Under the pieces are notes generated by a model. The model was not told the origin of the DNA. It did not search any database and saw only the letters and a list, made by a program, of their open reading frames with translations. Shown piece by piece: positions 1-13,212 of a DNA stretch of 64,000 bases. The stretch's first letter is position 1; each line of letters starts with the position of its first letter. The stretch is from the NCBI GenBank assembly GCA_010093815.1, contig ML996571.1; one strand, written 5' to 3'. The translations under genes were made by a program, and so were the position numbers. The stretch comes from Pseudovirgaria hyperparasitica (Eukaryota).

Positions 1-1712
1 CACGGTACGTACTCTTCTCTGTACCCCTGGTGATATACCTGGGCCAGAGGTTGTGCGATCCTGTGGCGATATCCGTCCAACCAATCGCACGCTCGAAGAA
101 CTCCAACGCCGCGAGAGGTTGATAGAACGGCACCCCATGCCCTGCTTCGTAGATCCGAACGAACGAGAATATGCCCGCTTGCCTGACCTGGCCATGCGTG
201 ATACCGTCGGACGTTTGTATATCGACGAAACCGGCCGCGGAGTAGCCTGGCGCGTTGACCTTGTCTGCGACAACTTGGCCGCCGAGCCAATTACACACGT
301 AGTCAGCATCACCAAAATAAAGTGACACCTGCACGCCTTGCCAAAGTAGGCTCTGGATGCCATGAATAGTGTCGGACTCGCGGCCATTATCACCAGTAGT
401 ACCGAATGCTTCAGCCACAGTTTCAGAGCCTTCTGAAAAGTTCTGGAATGCCCCGATAGCAGACTGGACATGAGGTGTGTTGAGGTAGTCAATGTAATAC
501 TCGTACGGGAATGGATCTGGAGTGAGGTAACGGATGTCGTATCCGTCACGGTCGGCGTAATCGTCGAGCATATTCTCCACATTTATGTAGCAATACTCGT
601 CGGCATCGATGCAGTCTTCATCTGCACCGGACGCGTAGCACGTCTTCTCCTTTTCGACACAGTTTCCAGGTCCGTAGGTGTTGTCATGCATTAAAGCCTC
701 GATCGATACGTCGAATGGGAAATGATCGTACGTGTTGCCAGGGAAGACCGTCATGTTAAACTGCGCAGGGTATTGTACAATGGGATCGAACCATCCATTG
801 CCAATGAGCACAGACTTCAGGTCAATACGTTTAGTACCAGCCTTCGCCTCTCTGTTCTTCTTGAGGATATAGTCTGGAGCAGTTAGTTTGACTGCGAATA
901 TGATACATGAGGACTCACCATTGAAGATCGGGCCGTAATGACCACCATAGCTCTCGGAAGCGAAGTGTATGTCATTTCCAGAGTATTGTGGGAATGCACC
1001 CATGAAGCCTTGTAGTGTTAAGTAGAAGTTCGGTGCAGCACTTGCAGTTGAAGTCGCGGTTAAGGCTCGATCCGGCAGCGAATATGTGCCACAGGTTGTG
1101 ATGCCTTCTGGACACACTGTACTGTCTAAGACAATGAATCTATCAGTATTAGGGTTAAGATACCCTGGAACTGGTATGGAGTAAGAGAAGCCAGTCTGAG
1201 TGGGCTGATCAATATACAACTATGGACTCTGTCAGTCTGACATAGTCTACGGGTGCGGAGATGTCAATGCTACCATATTAGAGACATTCGACCAAGAGTA
1301 AGGATTGTCCACCACAGCACCAGATTGGTCAATACCACAAGGTCCATTTTCCTGGAAAAGGCCGATCATAGAACTCGAACCAGGGCCTACAATAGATTGT
1401 GAGTTCCGGAAGTTCGGAAATACGTTGATATGTACCTCCGTTGATCCAAATGGTCAAGGGTGCCTCTTCCGGGTCAATGTTGCGTGCCTCGAAGAACCAA
1501 AAGAATATATGTTGGTCTTTGGCAACATCTGCATAACCGGCATAGCTCTTGACATACGATCTTGTTTCGCAGATACCGACAGGTACCTCTTTGTAGCGAA
1601 CGCTGACCCCAGCGTATCCCTGTTTAGTGGTGAGATCTGTCGGGGCCGGTACGAATTGTCCGACAGCTCCAATTGAAAGCACAAGAGCGACAAGGGATAT
1701 GACCATCATCAT
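1..1712 (-). CDS. Secreted serine carboxypeptidase (peptidase S10), multi-exon, 3' end beyond window
   Basis: Signal peptide [19 protein letters not shown]10 motifs [20 protein letters not shown] (split by an intron), [13 protein letters not shown] and catalytic-Ser motif [10 protein letters not shown] (~940-965, minus strand). Confidence 0.93.
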
Positions 1713-3123
1713 GAATGGTGACCAAAAATCGAGTAGTCTTTGCGAAACGCGCTACTCAAACACTTGGAGTATTTGAAAGACGATGTGGAAAGAAGAATAT
1801 CCAGAATCAGACTTCGGCATGTACAATCCTAATGCATACAAGCTCAATCTGGGCCGAAATTTTAATGGAGAAAATAGGCTTAATCTACCCCTCGAAAAGA
1901 TTACCAGGATATCAAGATTATAACCTAAGTTTAGACATAATTGAGACTTATATCTCGGCCGTAGGCCAAATTTCGATTTTGGCTATATACCTCAATTTAT
2001 CGCATAATCCTTTACTATAATTAGAGCCTAAGCTTGGTCCGTGCTTTTAGGGTGACTGAACATATAAACCTCATCTAGACCCTAGTCTTGTATCGGATTG
2101 TATATGCTGAAGTCTAAAATTCTAGATCTCGAGGGGACATCTAGATAAAGTCAAGCGGTATGACGGCATCAGTCGTCGAACGTGGAGCATCTCTGCCCGC
2201 CGATCACGAATCCGAGTTGATGGTCGAAAGCGCCACTCGACTATGGGTCAAGCTTCTCGTCGTCTTGGAATGAGCTTCAGAGGAAAGCTTGAGTACAATG
2301 ACGCGTTTGCAGATGCTAACTAGCCTTATTGCCAGCCATAGTTGGGCCAGTCTAAAGACTTGTCGGCCGGTGGATCGGGTCATTCGCAGGCCTGACGTCC
2401 GTTAATGAAGACTTTGTAGCTTTGACCACGTGGAGCTTTCCATGGGTTTGATGGTAGGGTAGTATGAATGAGTCTTTGCTCATTCGAGAGAGAGTCGTTG
2501 GATAGACAACGGCGACGCTGTAGTGTTGGTCGAAATAAGAGTTAACGAAAGCAGTCAATCGCCTAATAAAGGACCGACAGTCTTTGTGCCTGTGCCAATG
2601 GATGAAGAGCAAGGACAAGGGCCAAGGTAGACACACCCTTCAACTGCCTTGGTGCTTTCTTTGCAGAGCCTAATTCACTGCAACACATTCGCATAGAATC
2701 AATAATATTTCTGAGTGGGATAGTTTATAGGCATATGTTAACGCAGATCGAGCGCCGCATGCTAGGTGCGGACTAGTTTGATTACCTAAGCGACCTGACG
2801 GCCTTGAACTTCAGCCTCCCATACCAAACTCACCGTTCTACACCTACATTCGACCCCAGGAGCGCAACGGCTCCAGCACCTGTACCTCCCAACAACCGCT
2901 CGGAACCTTTTCTGCCGGTTCATTATATATGATAGCAATCGAATAAAGTCCTTGCCGCCGACGCTGCTGCGTCCTTGCGATCGCCCTGGCCTGACCCTTT
3001 CACCTCCAATTTCATCCTCCAGTGACACCCATCACGACGCAACGCGACAGGCAGCAACGCGCAGGACTCCCAGTATATCGATCAGTGAAATACCATTTCA
3101 TACACCAATAAATCTGTGGCATC

Positions 3124-4814
3124 ATGTCGAACGGCATTGTTGTTAGTGGTCCCCAAGCTGCGTGCAGCGACAAGAGCCATTCACGGCCACATTGCTACGA
3201 TAAGGGCCATGCTGATAGTATCACTTCATGTAGGGCGCAACTTATCAGGCCATCATCGCAAAGGTGATTGAGGCATCCGAGAATGATTTCCTCGAGAATG
3301 GTGTCGACCAGTCGTTACTGCACGAGATGAGAGAGGTAAGCCGAAATCCTACGTCGACGCACCACCTTTGTCGTCAAGCTGCGACATCATGTCTTCTGTT
3401 GTTATAGTCTCTGCCTGCAATCAAATATAGAAAGAGACGGGCGCAACTGTCATTTTGTCACTGCACTTCGCATCGAGATGGCGGCGTGGAGTTGAGTTTG
3501 GGTTGCGTTGCGTAGTGAGCGATGGCAAAAGCGGGGGTTGGACCGTTGGGCGAACATGGGACGAAGGTCGGGGGCGCTGCCGTGTATTTGGGGCATTTCT
3601 TATACCCAGAGTCATCGCTGACCCCGCCCCGCTTGTCCCTGTTTTGGACTAGCCTCTTACATCTTCCCTCTTCGCTTACTCACGTGATATGGGTCACCTG
3701 TTACTCCCTCTCAAGAGTATCGCCGCTAACTGGACTATGTCTCTAGGGATGGCAAAAACGCCTCACTGATTTGAAGGGTGCCAACTATCCATGGGATCCC
3801 ACACCTCCTCAGCCGATAAATCCACCCACTGTACCCTCGAATGGCCCGAAACCCGAGCAATCAACTACGTCAATGAACGGACAACAACCTGGCCAGCGTA
3901 GCAACTACACAGGGCCCCAGATCAAGCAGGAGATGAAGCAGGAAGATGGACTAAGCAACCTTCCTTCACAAGAATATCCGCCCCCCGTGCCGACTTATCG
4001 GTCTGGTCTTGACAGGAACGTAGCCCAGCAACGCGCTGCAGACCTTCTTCAGAGAGACTTTGGATCCCAGGCTGCTCAGTCCATAGCCGCTATTCCAACC
4101 CAAGCCAATGGACAACAGCGGCCACAGCACATCCAAATGCCCCCGCAGAATCAGCAACAGCAGATGCAGCGAATGCAGCAACACTTGCAACAGCAGGCAC
4201 AGCAACAGCGCCAGCAGCAGTTACAGCAGTTGCAGGCTCAGAACCAGCAGCGACAGCAACAACAGTCGAATGTGTATCAGGCACAACATGATGGTGCCGG
4301 TGATGAGCCCATGGAGTGGACTGCCCATCTTGCAGCAATGCACTCCCAGGGTGAAAGTAGTCGAATGGCTGCTGACGCTTTTCTCCAATCTCAAATCGAC
4401 TCACTCTCTGCGAGTATGGATAGTGGACTCCTTGTGCCTCTCGATGAGATCCCTGCGTCTAGGCGATCCAAGCTTAAGAAGGCTGTGAAGCGTCGAGCTG
4501 CTTGGGTGCCATCCCAAGCATCCTCAAGCGAGCCTCGCGTGCCCCAGCTTGATGGCATTGACGATGACGACGATGATGATGACGAGAAAAAGATACCCGA
4601 TGACGAAGCCATAAACTCGGACCTAGATGATTCAGAAGATGAGCTCAACGAAGCAGACGATGACAGCCAGGACATTGGCGACATCATGCTGTGCACTTAT
4701 GACAAAGTGCAGCGCGTCAAGAACAAATGGAAGTGCACCCTTAAGGATGGTATTCTCACCACTAATGGGAAAGACTACCTCTTCCATAAGGCTACTGGTG
4801 AATTCGAGTGGTGA
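3124..4814 (+). CDS. TOA1: Transcription initiation factor TFIIA large (alpha/beta) subunit
   Basis: Exons 3124-3141, 3234-3335, 3747-4814. N-terminal helix Y..II.KVIEASENDF..NGVD..LL.EMRE.WQ, Q-rich middle, QLDG cleavage motif, acidic tract, C-terminal MLCTYDKVQRVKNKWKCTLKDG...ATGEFEW. Confidence 0.96.
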
Positions 4815-6571
4815 GCGAACGCTACCACGTCTGCCGGTGGAACACTTACCACTGGCCTATAACATGATCTCATTTTATCTGCTGGTACCCCATGATGCAT
4901 CACTATGGCGTCTATGCTTGGGTTCTCTTTTTCAGTATGTTGCGCATCAGACAGAGGTGACTAATTTTGGATATATATATATATCCGGCATCACTCTGAC
5001 TAGGGGCGCTAAGGGACGGTCTCTTTTCCTGCAAGCACTAGTGTCGTGAACGACGTCTCGAGGATTGAGATGAGACAATACAGACTTTATCTCTGATGAG
5101 ATGAATCTAAGCAGAAGAGATATAGTATATAACTGAAAAAATTGGAGGGGGTTGACGAATCCTGTGCAATGTCCCCGGCCAATACTTGTTGTTGTGCACT
5201 ATTTGGTATCTGTTCAGTCAACACCAATTCGAGGACCTTGGGACACTCCCAGTCATATGCAGTAATGATGCACGTTCGCCGCTTTCAGCTTGGCGATGTC
5301 GGCGGAGTGAATCTAGGTGTCCGTGCGTCAGCATTCTTTCAAACAAAACACCAGCCCCCCAAAACCTTCTTGCCTCTCTCTTAACTCTGATTTCAGCCCC
5401 TTGGTTAGCTTTGACCAAACACAGCAAAGGGCTGAATGAGAATTGGATATCACCCGTTCCATGCCAACGTCCGACGTCGGCCATCTCTAGGAACCGCGAT
5501 GTTTAGTCACCCATAACAAGCTCTCCGGTGCCTCCCTTACGTCACTAAGAACAACTGAGCTCTGATTCGCGAGCCACGTAAGAAATAAGGCAGAAAATGA
5601 GTGATATTGTGTGTGTTAGATATCATGCCCGACGTCGGCGCCTTCATGCTCGAGCTTCTGTCATTTGGAAATTGGATGGAGTCTGCGTCTGCTTCCACCA
5701 AACAGCGGTACATACTTCCACTTTGATCGATTTGTGACTGATTGGGCGATTAGTTGCCAGTGTGAGAAAATCATGACATTAGTGACTTCGGTTTCTTCAT
5801 CCCAGAATGTGCGATTACGTGTCTTTTTTTTCCTTTCTTTATGATGAGTGAATGACTAGCAGTGTCCTTCAAACTGCGACGACGCTCTATCCTTATTGGT
5901 TAGCCGTATATGCATTGTAAATAAGCACAAGCGTTGAACATCATGACCGCAATCGGTGTGTTTCTATATAGATCTGTGAAACGCGGGCATGGTTGTGTGG
6001 GAGAATAGTGAATGGTAACGGCAGTGAACTAGTACAGTACAGAGCATCGATTGGCTACAACCACATCAAAAACGGGATAAACTGTCAAGGCGTTGGATGT
6101 CATGGCCGATGTCGGATTTTGCTGATGTGATACGGTGTCTGAGTGAATATTGTTCACTTGAGAAGGGGACTAGGTCGAGGCTTTTTTTGTGGGTGTTTCA
6201 TGGGTTGGGGATACAGAATCGTTGCTGGTGAGCGATGTTCGGCATGTTCGCTTTGTGCAATGCTTCGATTGGCTGTGTGAATGCTGGAACGGATAGTATT
6301 TCTTTCATGTGGAATGTCTTGGGCGATGTCGGCGGGAAAACTATTCATGATGAGTGGTACGCTTAAGCACCGTTGGCAGACAGGCTGGAACATTGTCCAA
6401 GGCAGACAAAGGAAGATAGGGGCGAAGATTTCACGGAGTCCTTCAGTGTCCAACCATAGATGACTAACAAAGAGTACATACTTTAGGAAGGAGCTGTCAG
6501 ACCGTCCAAAACGGGTGATTGTTTATAATTACAACCGGGCAGGTCACGCTTGAGGTCTCCATCGACGAGTG

Positions 6572-7694
6572 TTATTCCTCATCGTCATCGGTATTCACTA
6601 CGCCCCCATCTGCATTATTCCTGCCGTCTCCCACGTCATCTTCTTCTTCATCCTCTGTGCCTTCTTCATCACCGTCTTCGGCAAGTGGCACGAACACGAA
6701 GTCGATAAAACTGATCTTCTCTTTTTCCGTGTCTACCTCGATCATGAATTGAAGGTTCAACACGCCCTGATGATCCCCACGAATACTAACCTTGGTTGCC
6801 GCAGCCATGGCTCGTTGCGCAGCTTTGATAAGGCTGAACTTATAGCTGTTGACGACCTTGCCTCTCTTCCCACTTATGGCTGGCGAAACCATGAATGTTT
6901 CCAATAGTCCTTGCTCGCGAGACGAGAACTCAACTGTCGCACTACCAAGCGGGCCAGCGGCTGAAAGTGCAAAGTATGGCGCCACTGGACTTGCTGTTAG
7001 GGTCAATGTCTCGGGATTTGTTGCACTGAGTTCTAACAGAGCATCGTACAACCAGCTAGCACGCATGACAATCTTCAGCATTAGCGCGTCTCGTGCGAAT
7101 GGAATGTCCTCTGTGACAGTAGGCTCGTATGTGACGAGATCACAGGTCGTCGTGATGCCGCTCTCCTCAAGCACAATGCTGAGCGGTGCACCAGGTCGAG
7201 CGTAGCGTAGTTTACAGATGCCAGTAAGGCCTAGAACGCGATTATCGAAAGCTTGATTTATGTCTGGGGCGCGCGACCAGGGGTTGGTGCGTGTGCTCGT
7301 CAGGTCGGCAAGGCCAAAAATTTGGAGAGTCTCGAGGAGCGAAGGAAGGGATATCTCGAAGATTGGAGAAGTAGGCTCGTCGAGTTGGTCGTTATCGTCG
7401 CTTTTGAGTGTATTCGAATGTTGCGATGGTGGAGGAGCATTGTACTGGTAGGTCGTAAAGAGATCTTTTCCGAGGAACGCATGACCTGAACACTCTGAGC
7501 TGAGTGGTCCCTGTAATGGCCTCCCACATACCTTCCATGACACTACTGTCTTCTACACCAAAGCGCATACCAGCTTCAGATAGTCGGACCTGGGCTTTGC
7601 TTGCGAATGAAATACATCTTAGTAGTTGATAAAGTGTTCTTGCCGTGCTAGACACAGCACTGAACGTAGGTTGGTTATCGGTATCGTTCTCCAT
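6572..7694 (-). CDS. rad1: 9-1-1 checkpoint clamp subunit, Rad1/Rec1 (S. cerevisiae Rad17) family
   Basis: Two exons (intron 7486-7531). FSAVSSTARTLYQLLRCISF, GHAFLGKDLFTTY, LLETLQIFG, TTCDLVTYEP, KVSIRGDHQGVLNLQFMI, FIDFVFVP; acidic tail. Confidence 0.92.
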
Positions 7695-8497
7695 GGTCAC
7701 TGAGGGGGGAAACGGCCGATAGTAGAAGTAAATCAGGACCTTGATTCTTGTATTCAGCTATTGCCCGCGCCTGATACCACACCAGTATGATACAATAGAG
7801 TTCCTTGAACGCCGCGCTTTTGTGTTATGGGATCGAGGGAATAAGAGATTTAGACGTTGACGCCGACAGCACAGATCATATACACAGCGCCGAACCTAAG
7901 CGTACGTCAAAATGTTTCGTAGGTCATAGTAGAGTAGTTCACGAACCCGAAAGCTAGAGAAGCTGGAACGCCCAATAATGGAATGCTGATCATGGACCGG
8001 TCTTATATAAAGTTAATGTGTTTCTTCCATTGGGTATAGAGATGACATACTGAGACCAAAGATTCCTGTCAGAATGAGGCCTACAGAAGTCAGCCATGTG
8101 TATATCCCATTCACAGTCATGAGTGCCTACCGGTAAGCAGCAAGGCGAAGCCCACGGTGAATTGGCTGTCTTTGCCAACAGCAGGCTGATATGGGTTCGC
8201 AGCAGCGGCGTCCCAAATTTGCTTCAGAGGTGAAGACATTTATGATTGAACCGGAATTCTGCGTCTGAGTTAAAGGCAATCAATCAATGCAGAAGTGAGC
8301 TATTCGCGTGGCCTCAACTGCCCACGATGCGCCGTAGTTAGTCAATGCTTACTTGTCTCCAACAGGCGGTGTGAGCAGGCAAAATAACGCCACTTCCAGC
8401 GACGCGCTCCCACTAGTACTCCGCACCACTTGAGCAGTCGTTGGCTCGTCCTCCATCACCGAATACTCACGTCGCGCCTTCTGGAGAGACTACGATC

Positions 8498-10071
8498 ATG
8501 ACAGTGGCGAAAGAAGAAGGTATGTCTTACCATTCAACAAGCTGCAATTTTGAATTCATCGCGCTGGAGCCCGAGGCCAACTTGATCGAGATGCTCATTC
8601 ATGCGCCATCGGTCGCAAAGCACACTGGTCTAAATGCCTCGAAAAAAGACTGGGCCAGTCTCGGACTATATGGGAAGTCGTGCGGCATCGCTTCCGGCAA
8701 GCCGCAATCGATACCATGGCCTCGGGCTTCATCTCACAAGAGGTGCTACACGCGCACAGAGTATCGCGACTGACAGGCCTGTAGTCAAGCGGAAGGCTGA
8801 AGATGGCCTCAACGATGCAAGCCCCCTAAAGCGGACCAAGAAAGAGGACTCAGTGAGCTCAGTGGAAGATACCAAACCTCCAGCACCCCGAGCTGTGCCG
8901 TTCCCGGAGAAGGTATGCTGGACGATAGCCTTGACAAATTCCATGGCTAACGTTATTCTCAGCCAGCAGTGATTGAAGAGCGAAATGGCGAGATCGAGTT
9001 CAGGGTAGTAAATAACGACAACGAACGAGAGAGCTCAATTATCCTCACGGGCCTCAAGTGTATCTTTCAGAAACAGCTACCGAAAATGCCGAAGGACTAT
9101 ATCGCGCGATTAGTCTACGATAGAACCCATCTATCAATAGCCATCGTAAAGAAACCGCTCGAGGTAGTCGGAGGAATTACGTATAGACCGTTCAAGGGAA
9201 GACAGTTTGCAGAAATTGTATTTTGTGCTATCTCTTCGGACCAGCAAGTCAAGGGCTATGGGGCACATCTCATGTCGCATCTGAAAGACTACGTCAAGGG
9301 AACGTCGGACGTTATGCACTTCCTGACATATGCGGACAATTACGCTATCGGCTACTTTAAGAAACAAGGTTTCACGAAAGAAATAACGTTGGAAAGACCG
9401 CGGTGGATGGGTTATATCAAAGATTATGAGGGAGGTACAATCATGCAGTGTAGTATGGTTCCGAAAATACGGTATCTTGAGTCTGGTCGGATGCTCCTGA
9501 AACAGAAAGAAGCAGCCAAAGCCAAGATCAAGTCCGTCTCCCAATCTTGGGTATCTCATGATCCCCCAAAGGAGTGGAAAGACGGCATATGCAAAATCGA
9601 TCCACTGTCCATCCCCGCTATCAAAGCATCTGGCTGGTCTCCAGATATGGATGAACTCGCTCGTGCTCCACGCCACGGGCCTAATTATAACCAGCTGCTA
9701 CACCTCTTGAACGATATGCAAAACAACAGCAATGCATGGCCATTCCAGCAACCTGTCAACAAGGATGAAGTGGCCGACTATTATGACGTCATCAAGGAGC
9801 CTATGGATCTTGCAACGATGGAAGAGAGACATGAGAAAGACATGTACCCCACTCCTGAAGACTTTATCCGCGACGCCAAGCTCATATTCGACAACTGTCG
9901 GAAATACAATAATGAGACCACACCATACGCCAAGGCTGCAAACAGGCTAGAGAAATTTATGTGGCAGAAACTCAAGGAAGTGCCGGAGTGGACAGTAAGC
10001 CACTCGTTACAGTGACGATGTTTATGACTAACTGGCCCCAGCATCTCGAGTCAGAATTTACTGGCAAATGA
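8498..10071 (+). CDS. GCN5: Histone acetyltransferase GCN5 (GNAT domain + bromodomain)
   Basis: [48 protein letters not shown]; bromodomain AWPF..PV...[20 protein letters not shown]. Introns 8520-8784, ~8913-8962, ~9995-10041. Confidence 0.98.
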
Positions 10072-10866
10072 AGCACTATTTTGGTTCCATACTGTCAAGT
10101 GAAGCATTATCGGGTTATACTGGCGTTTGGCTGGCGTCGAAGATACCCTCGACAAGGACGTCGTTACTTGCTGTTTGATCGCATGGCTACGGTGGTTTTG
10201 GCGTTGAATCTACCCTTCTGGTTGACGTAATGAGAGCCGTCAACCACTTATATCACGTGTTACACATGGAAACGGTGGCAATTCTTCTGAATCTAAGTCA
10301 ATCTGGCCGTGAATAGGGGGCTCGCTATCAAGTAACACTCTTGAAGGTCATGTGCAATGTCAGTCGAAAACAAGGTTGCGTACTGGCGAATAGTTGATTA
10401 CTGTGGTGACCGGTCACAAATGACAAAGGATTGAGGGAACCCATTTCGTGAATGACTAGAACGAGTGTCTGTTTGTGATATAGATGGTGTTTGGTGATGG
10501 CAATTCAACGAATGATCTGGAGAGAGGGGATTTATGTAGGACCAGCACAGACTGAGCCGTCATGCATGATGCGGAATGTCGTTTTCTATTCATCCAGCTG
10601 AATCGCACTACTGTGTGGAACTCGGGTGAGGTTCAACAAGTAAATTTCCGCAGAACAATGACAACGCTTGATTCAAGGAGTAGCTACGTGCTATATGATT
10701 TAGATCTTCCAGGGGCAATTTGATGAATCCACAGTCAAAGAGGCTACCTAGTCGGGAAAACTCCTGAGACTCGCCAATCTCATTGGGATGTGGTTTTTAT
10801 CACATGTAAGTCGCCATGCACACCATCTCATTTACATCGTGAGTGTCAATGACATACCTAAACATA

Positions 10867-12707
10867 CTACGGTGCGTAAATGGATGTAAGTGGCTTGAGA
10901 AGTATTTCCAAAAGCTAGTGAATCAATGTTAGCGAAGACTTCTTATTCTTCTGCCTCTTTGGAAACCTACCCATGTCTCCAGATTTCGAGCATTCTCTTG
11001 TAGATCATCGAACTTGTCGTCGAGACGCTCTGAGTCAGATTAGATAAATACTCAGACCTCGTTGATTATGAGACCTACCAGCTGTGAGATAGAGCACCTG
11101 GCTTAGTTTAGACTCTTTCTCTAGTGCTCCCATGAACCATGTTGCATCAGGATGACTTCCAATTTGGTTAAGACAGAAAATTACAGCTGTGAACGTATTA
11201 GCAATAGACACTAAAGGTATGCAGATACACGTACTATCCCGGCGGTAGTTGTGCTCCTTGAGGAAATCCATGCATTCGACAATATTGTCCCGGAAAAACC
11301 CATACTCGATTGATATCTTGTCCTCGATACCATCTTTCGCGTCTTCTTGACACCAAGGACATCCATCGGTAGTCATCAAGATAAGTAATGGTCGTTCTAA
11401 TTCTTTACCGCTACTCACAACGTCGTAGACCAAGGGTTGTAGCACATTCTTCTTGAGCCCAGAGCCAATGGGCGTCCAGTTATTTTCGGATGGTTCGGCT
11501 GTCAGAATTGTGTCTACCTCATCACCCATCATTCCCGCACCTGCCATTGGATTGTTCTGGAAACGAAGAAATATTCCTCTTTTGTTTGGCACGGCCCGGT
11601 TTGTGATTTCTGTGATGCGCTTAACAAGACCACGCTGACGCGGCCACCGATTTTCGCCGTTACTGGGGAAGTCATCGCGCATAGAGGCACTGTCATCTAG
11701 ATAGATCTTTCAGTATGGCGCCTTTCAGGTCAAGCTCATACGAAGAGAATACATACCACAATATATGACAGGCTGGTACAGGGCTAGATTCGCGAGGCCT
11801 TGTAACTCTGGGGGTTCTTGCAAGGGGTTGCTAGGATCATTCTTAAGGTCGAAAACTTGTTTCGCTACGTCGTCCAAGTAGGTGTCACCAGGTTTATCGT
11901 AGAATCTCCCGAGGCCATTCTCGTTGATGGCATCTTGGAGATTATTCTTGAAGTCTTCTACAGTCTTAGGCTCATCGACTGTCTGTACCTACACGTCAGC
12001 CGATAGCTTATCGGTGACTTTAGATCTCTTACCTCTCCATCCGGTAATTCGGGGATCTTTGATCCCGCCACTTTGTAGAACACGTTCGAAGCAGCAGCTA
12101 GAATGCTACCGAGTGGCGTCCATCTGTTGAAGAATTTGAGGACATATACCGCCCAATTGGAGAAATACGTCAAGACACCTCCGCGATCCCTGTCCGGAAC
12201 AGTCTTGAGAGCGTCCTGAATCTTCTTTCTGGTGTCTGGATCTTGAATTTCTGCAGCCAAGTCTGCAGCAGTCTTGCCATCAGAGTTCTTCTTCTGTAGC
12301 GAAGCACCATTGCGTACGAGTAACTTGACAACCTCGGGATCTCGTCCAACAGCAACCGCCCTCATAAGCGGAGTTTCTTTCTTCGTGGAGGTTGGCTCAT
12401 CGAAGTTTCTGGCGCGCTTCGATAGGAGTTGCTGAACGATTCTTGCCCCGTTTTTGGTCAAAGATGCAGCGAAGTACATAGGAGTCTCGCCAGACCCATC
12501 TCCAACAGGTTTCTCAGGATCGGCTTTGTTGCTCAATAGCAGCTCGACATTTCTGAAGCGCATGCTATTGATGGCGTATACCAATGGCGTATACTGTAAC
12601 TTCTGGTCCGGCTCGTTGACAATGTCTTCGCCGCGCTCTTGAATATGATTAAGCAGCTTCTCCTTCGTGAAGCTTGCAGATCTTGCATCTTGCCATATGT
12701 CCGCCAT
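10867..12707 (-). CDS. Ankyrin-repeat protein with C-terminal vWA-like (MIDAS) domain, multi-exon
   Basis: Exon 1 has ankyrin repeats (YTPLVYAI, ETPMYFAA, ETPLMRAV, GKTAADLA). Splicing 12032-11989 and 11756-11698 gives LALYQPVIYC-DDSASM (DxSxS MIDAS), followed by WTPIG and LILMTTDGCP. Further introns at ~11.2, ~11.05 and ~10.95 kb; last exon LLEILLKPLTSIYAP*. Confidence 0.82.
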
Positions 12708-13212
12708 CGTTACGCAGATCAGTCACTGCACAAGACAAATCAATCGGCAAAGGATTAGAAAACGAAGAATTGTCTGCGGGCATTCAGATAGGTATATACT
12801 TGGTTTGGAGGTACTGATACATAGACCCACCAATGATCTGTAATACTCAACAGTTCACGGACCTAATCGGTCCCGCAGTACATGTGAATATCGAATTTTA
12901 CCACTTTCAGAACGATGTCTGAGATAAGGAGCATGTCAAATGTGGCATTTTTCTCCTTGAGCTGAATTGCATGGGGTTGGACCAATTAAATTCCGAATGT
13001 CAGCACCACTTCGACGTGGATCATGAGCGAATATGGTTAGGCTTCCCCATGCAACATGCGTTTCCGCGACGCCATACCCTTAATTATCAGAGCTGATGCG
13101 TGTGCAAGAAATCCTTGGAGATTGTGTACATTGATAGGAACTGAAGCCCCATGCAACTGTACACATCAGTTCTTTGCACCTCAGCTCTTTCTTGATACAA
13201 TACAAACCCAAT

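Noticed and set aside
8520..8784. 265-nt first intron of GCN5 as a snoRNA host
   Set aside because: No clear C/D or H/ACA box arrangement seen; long first introns are common
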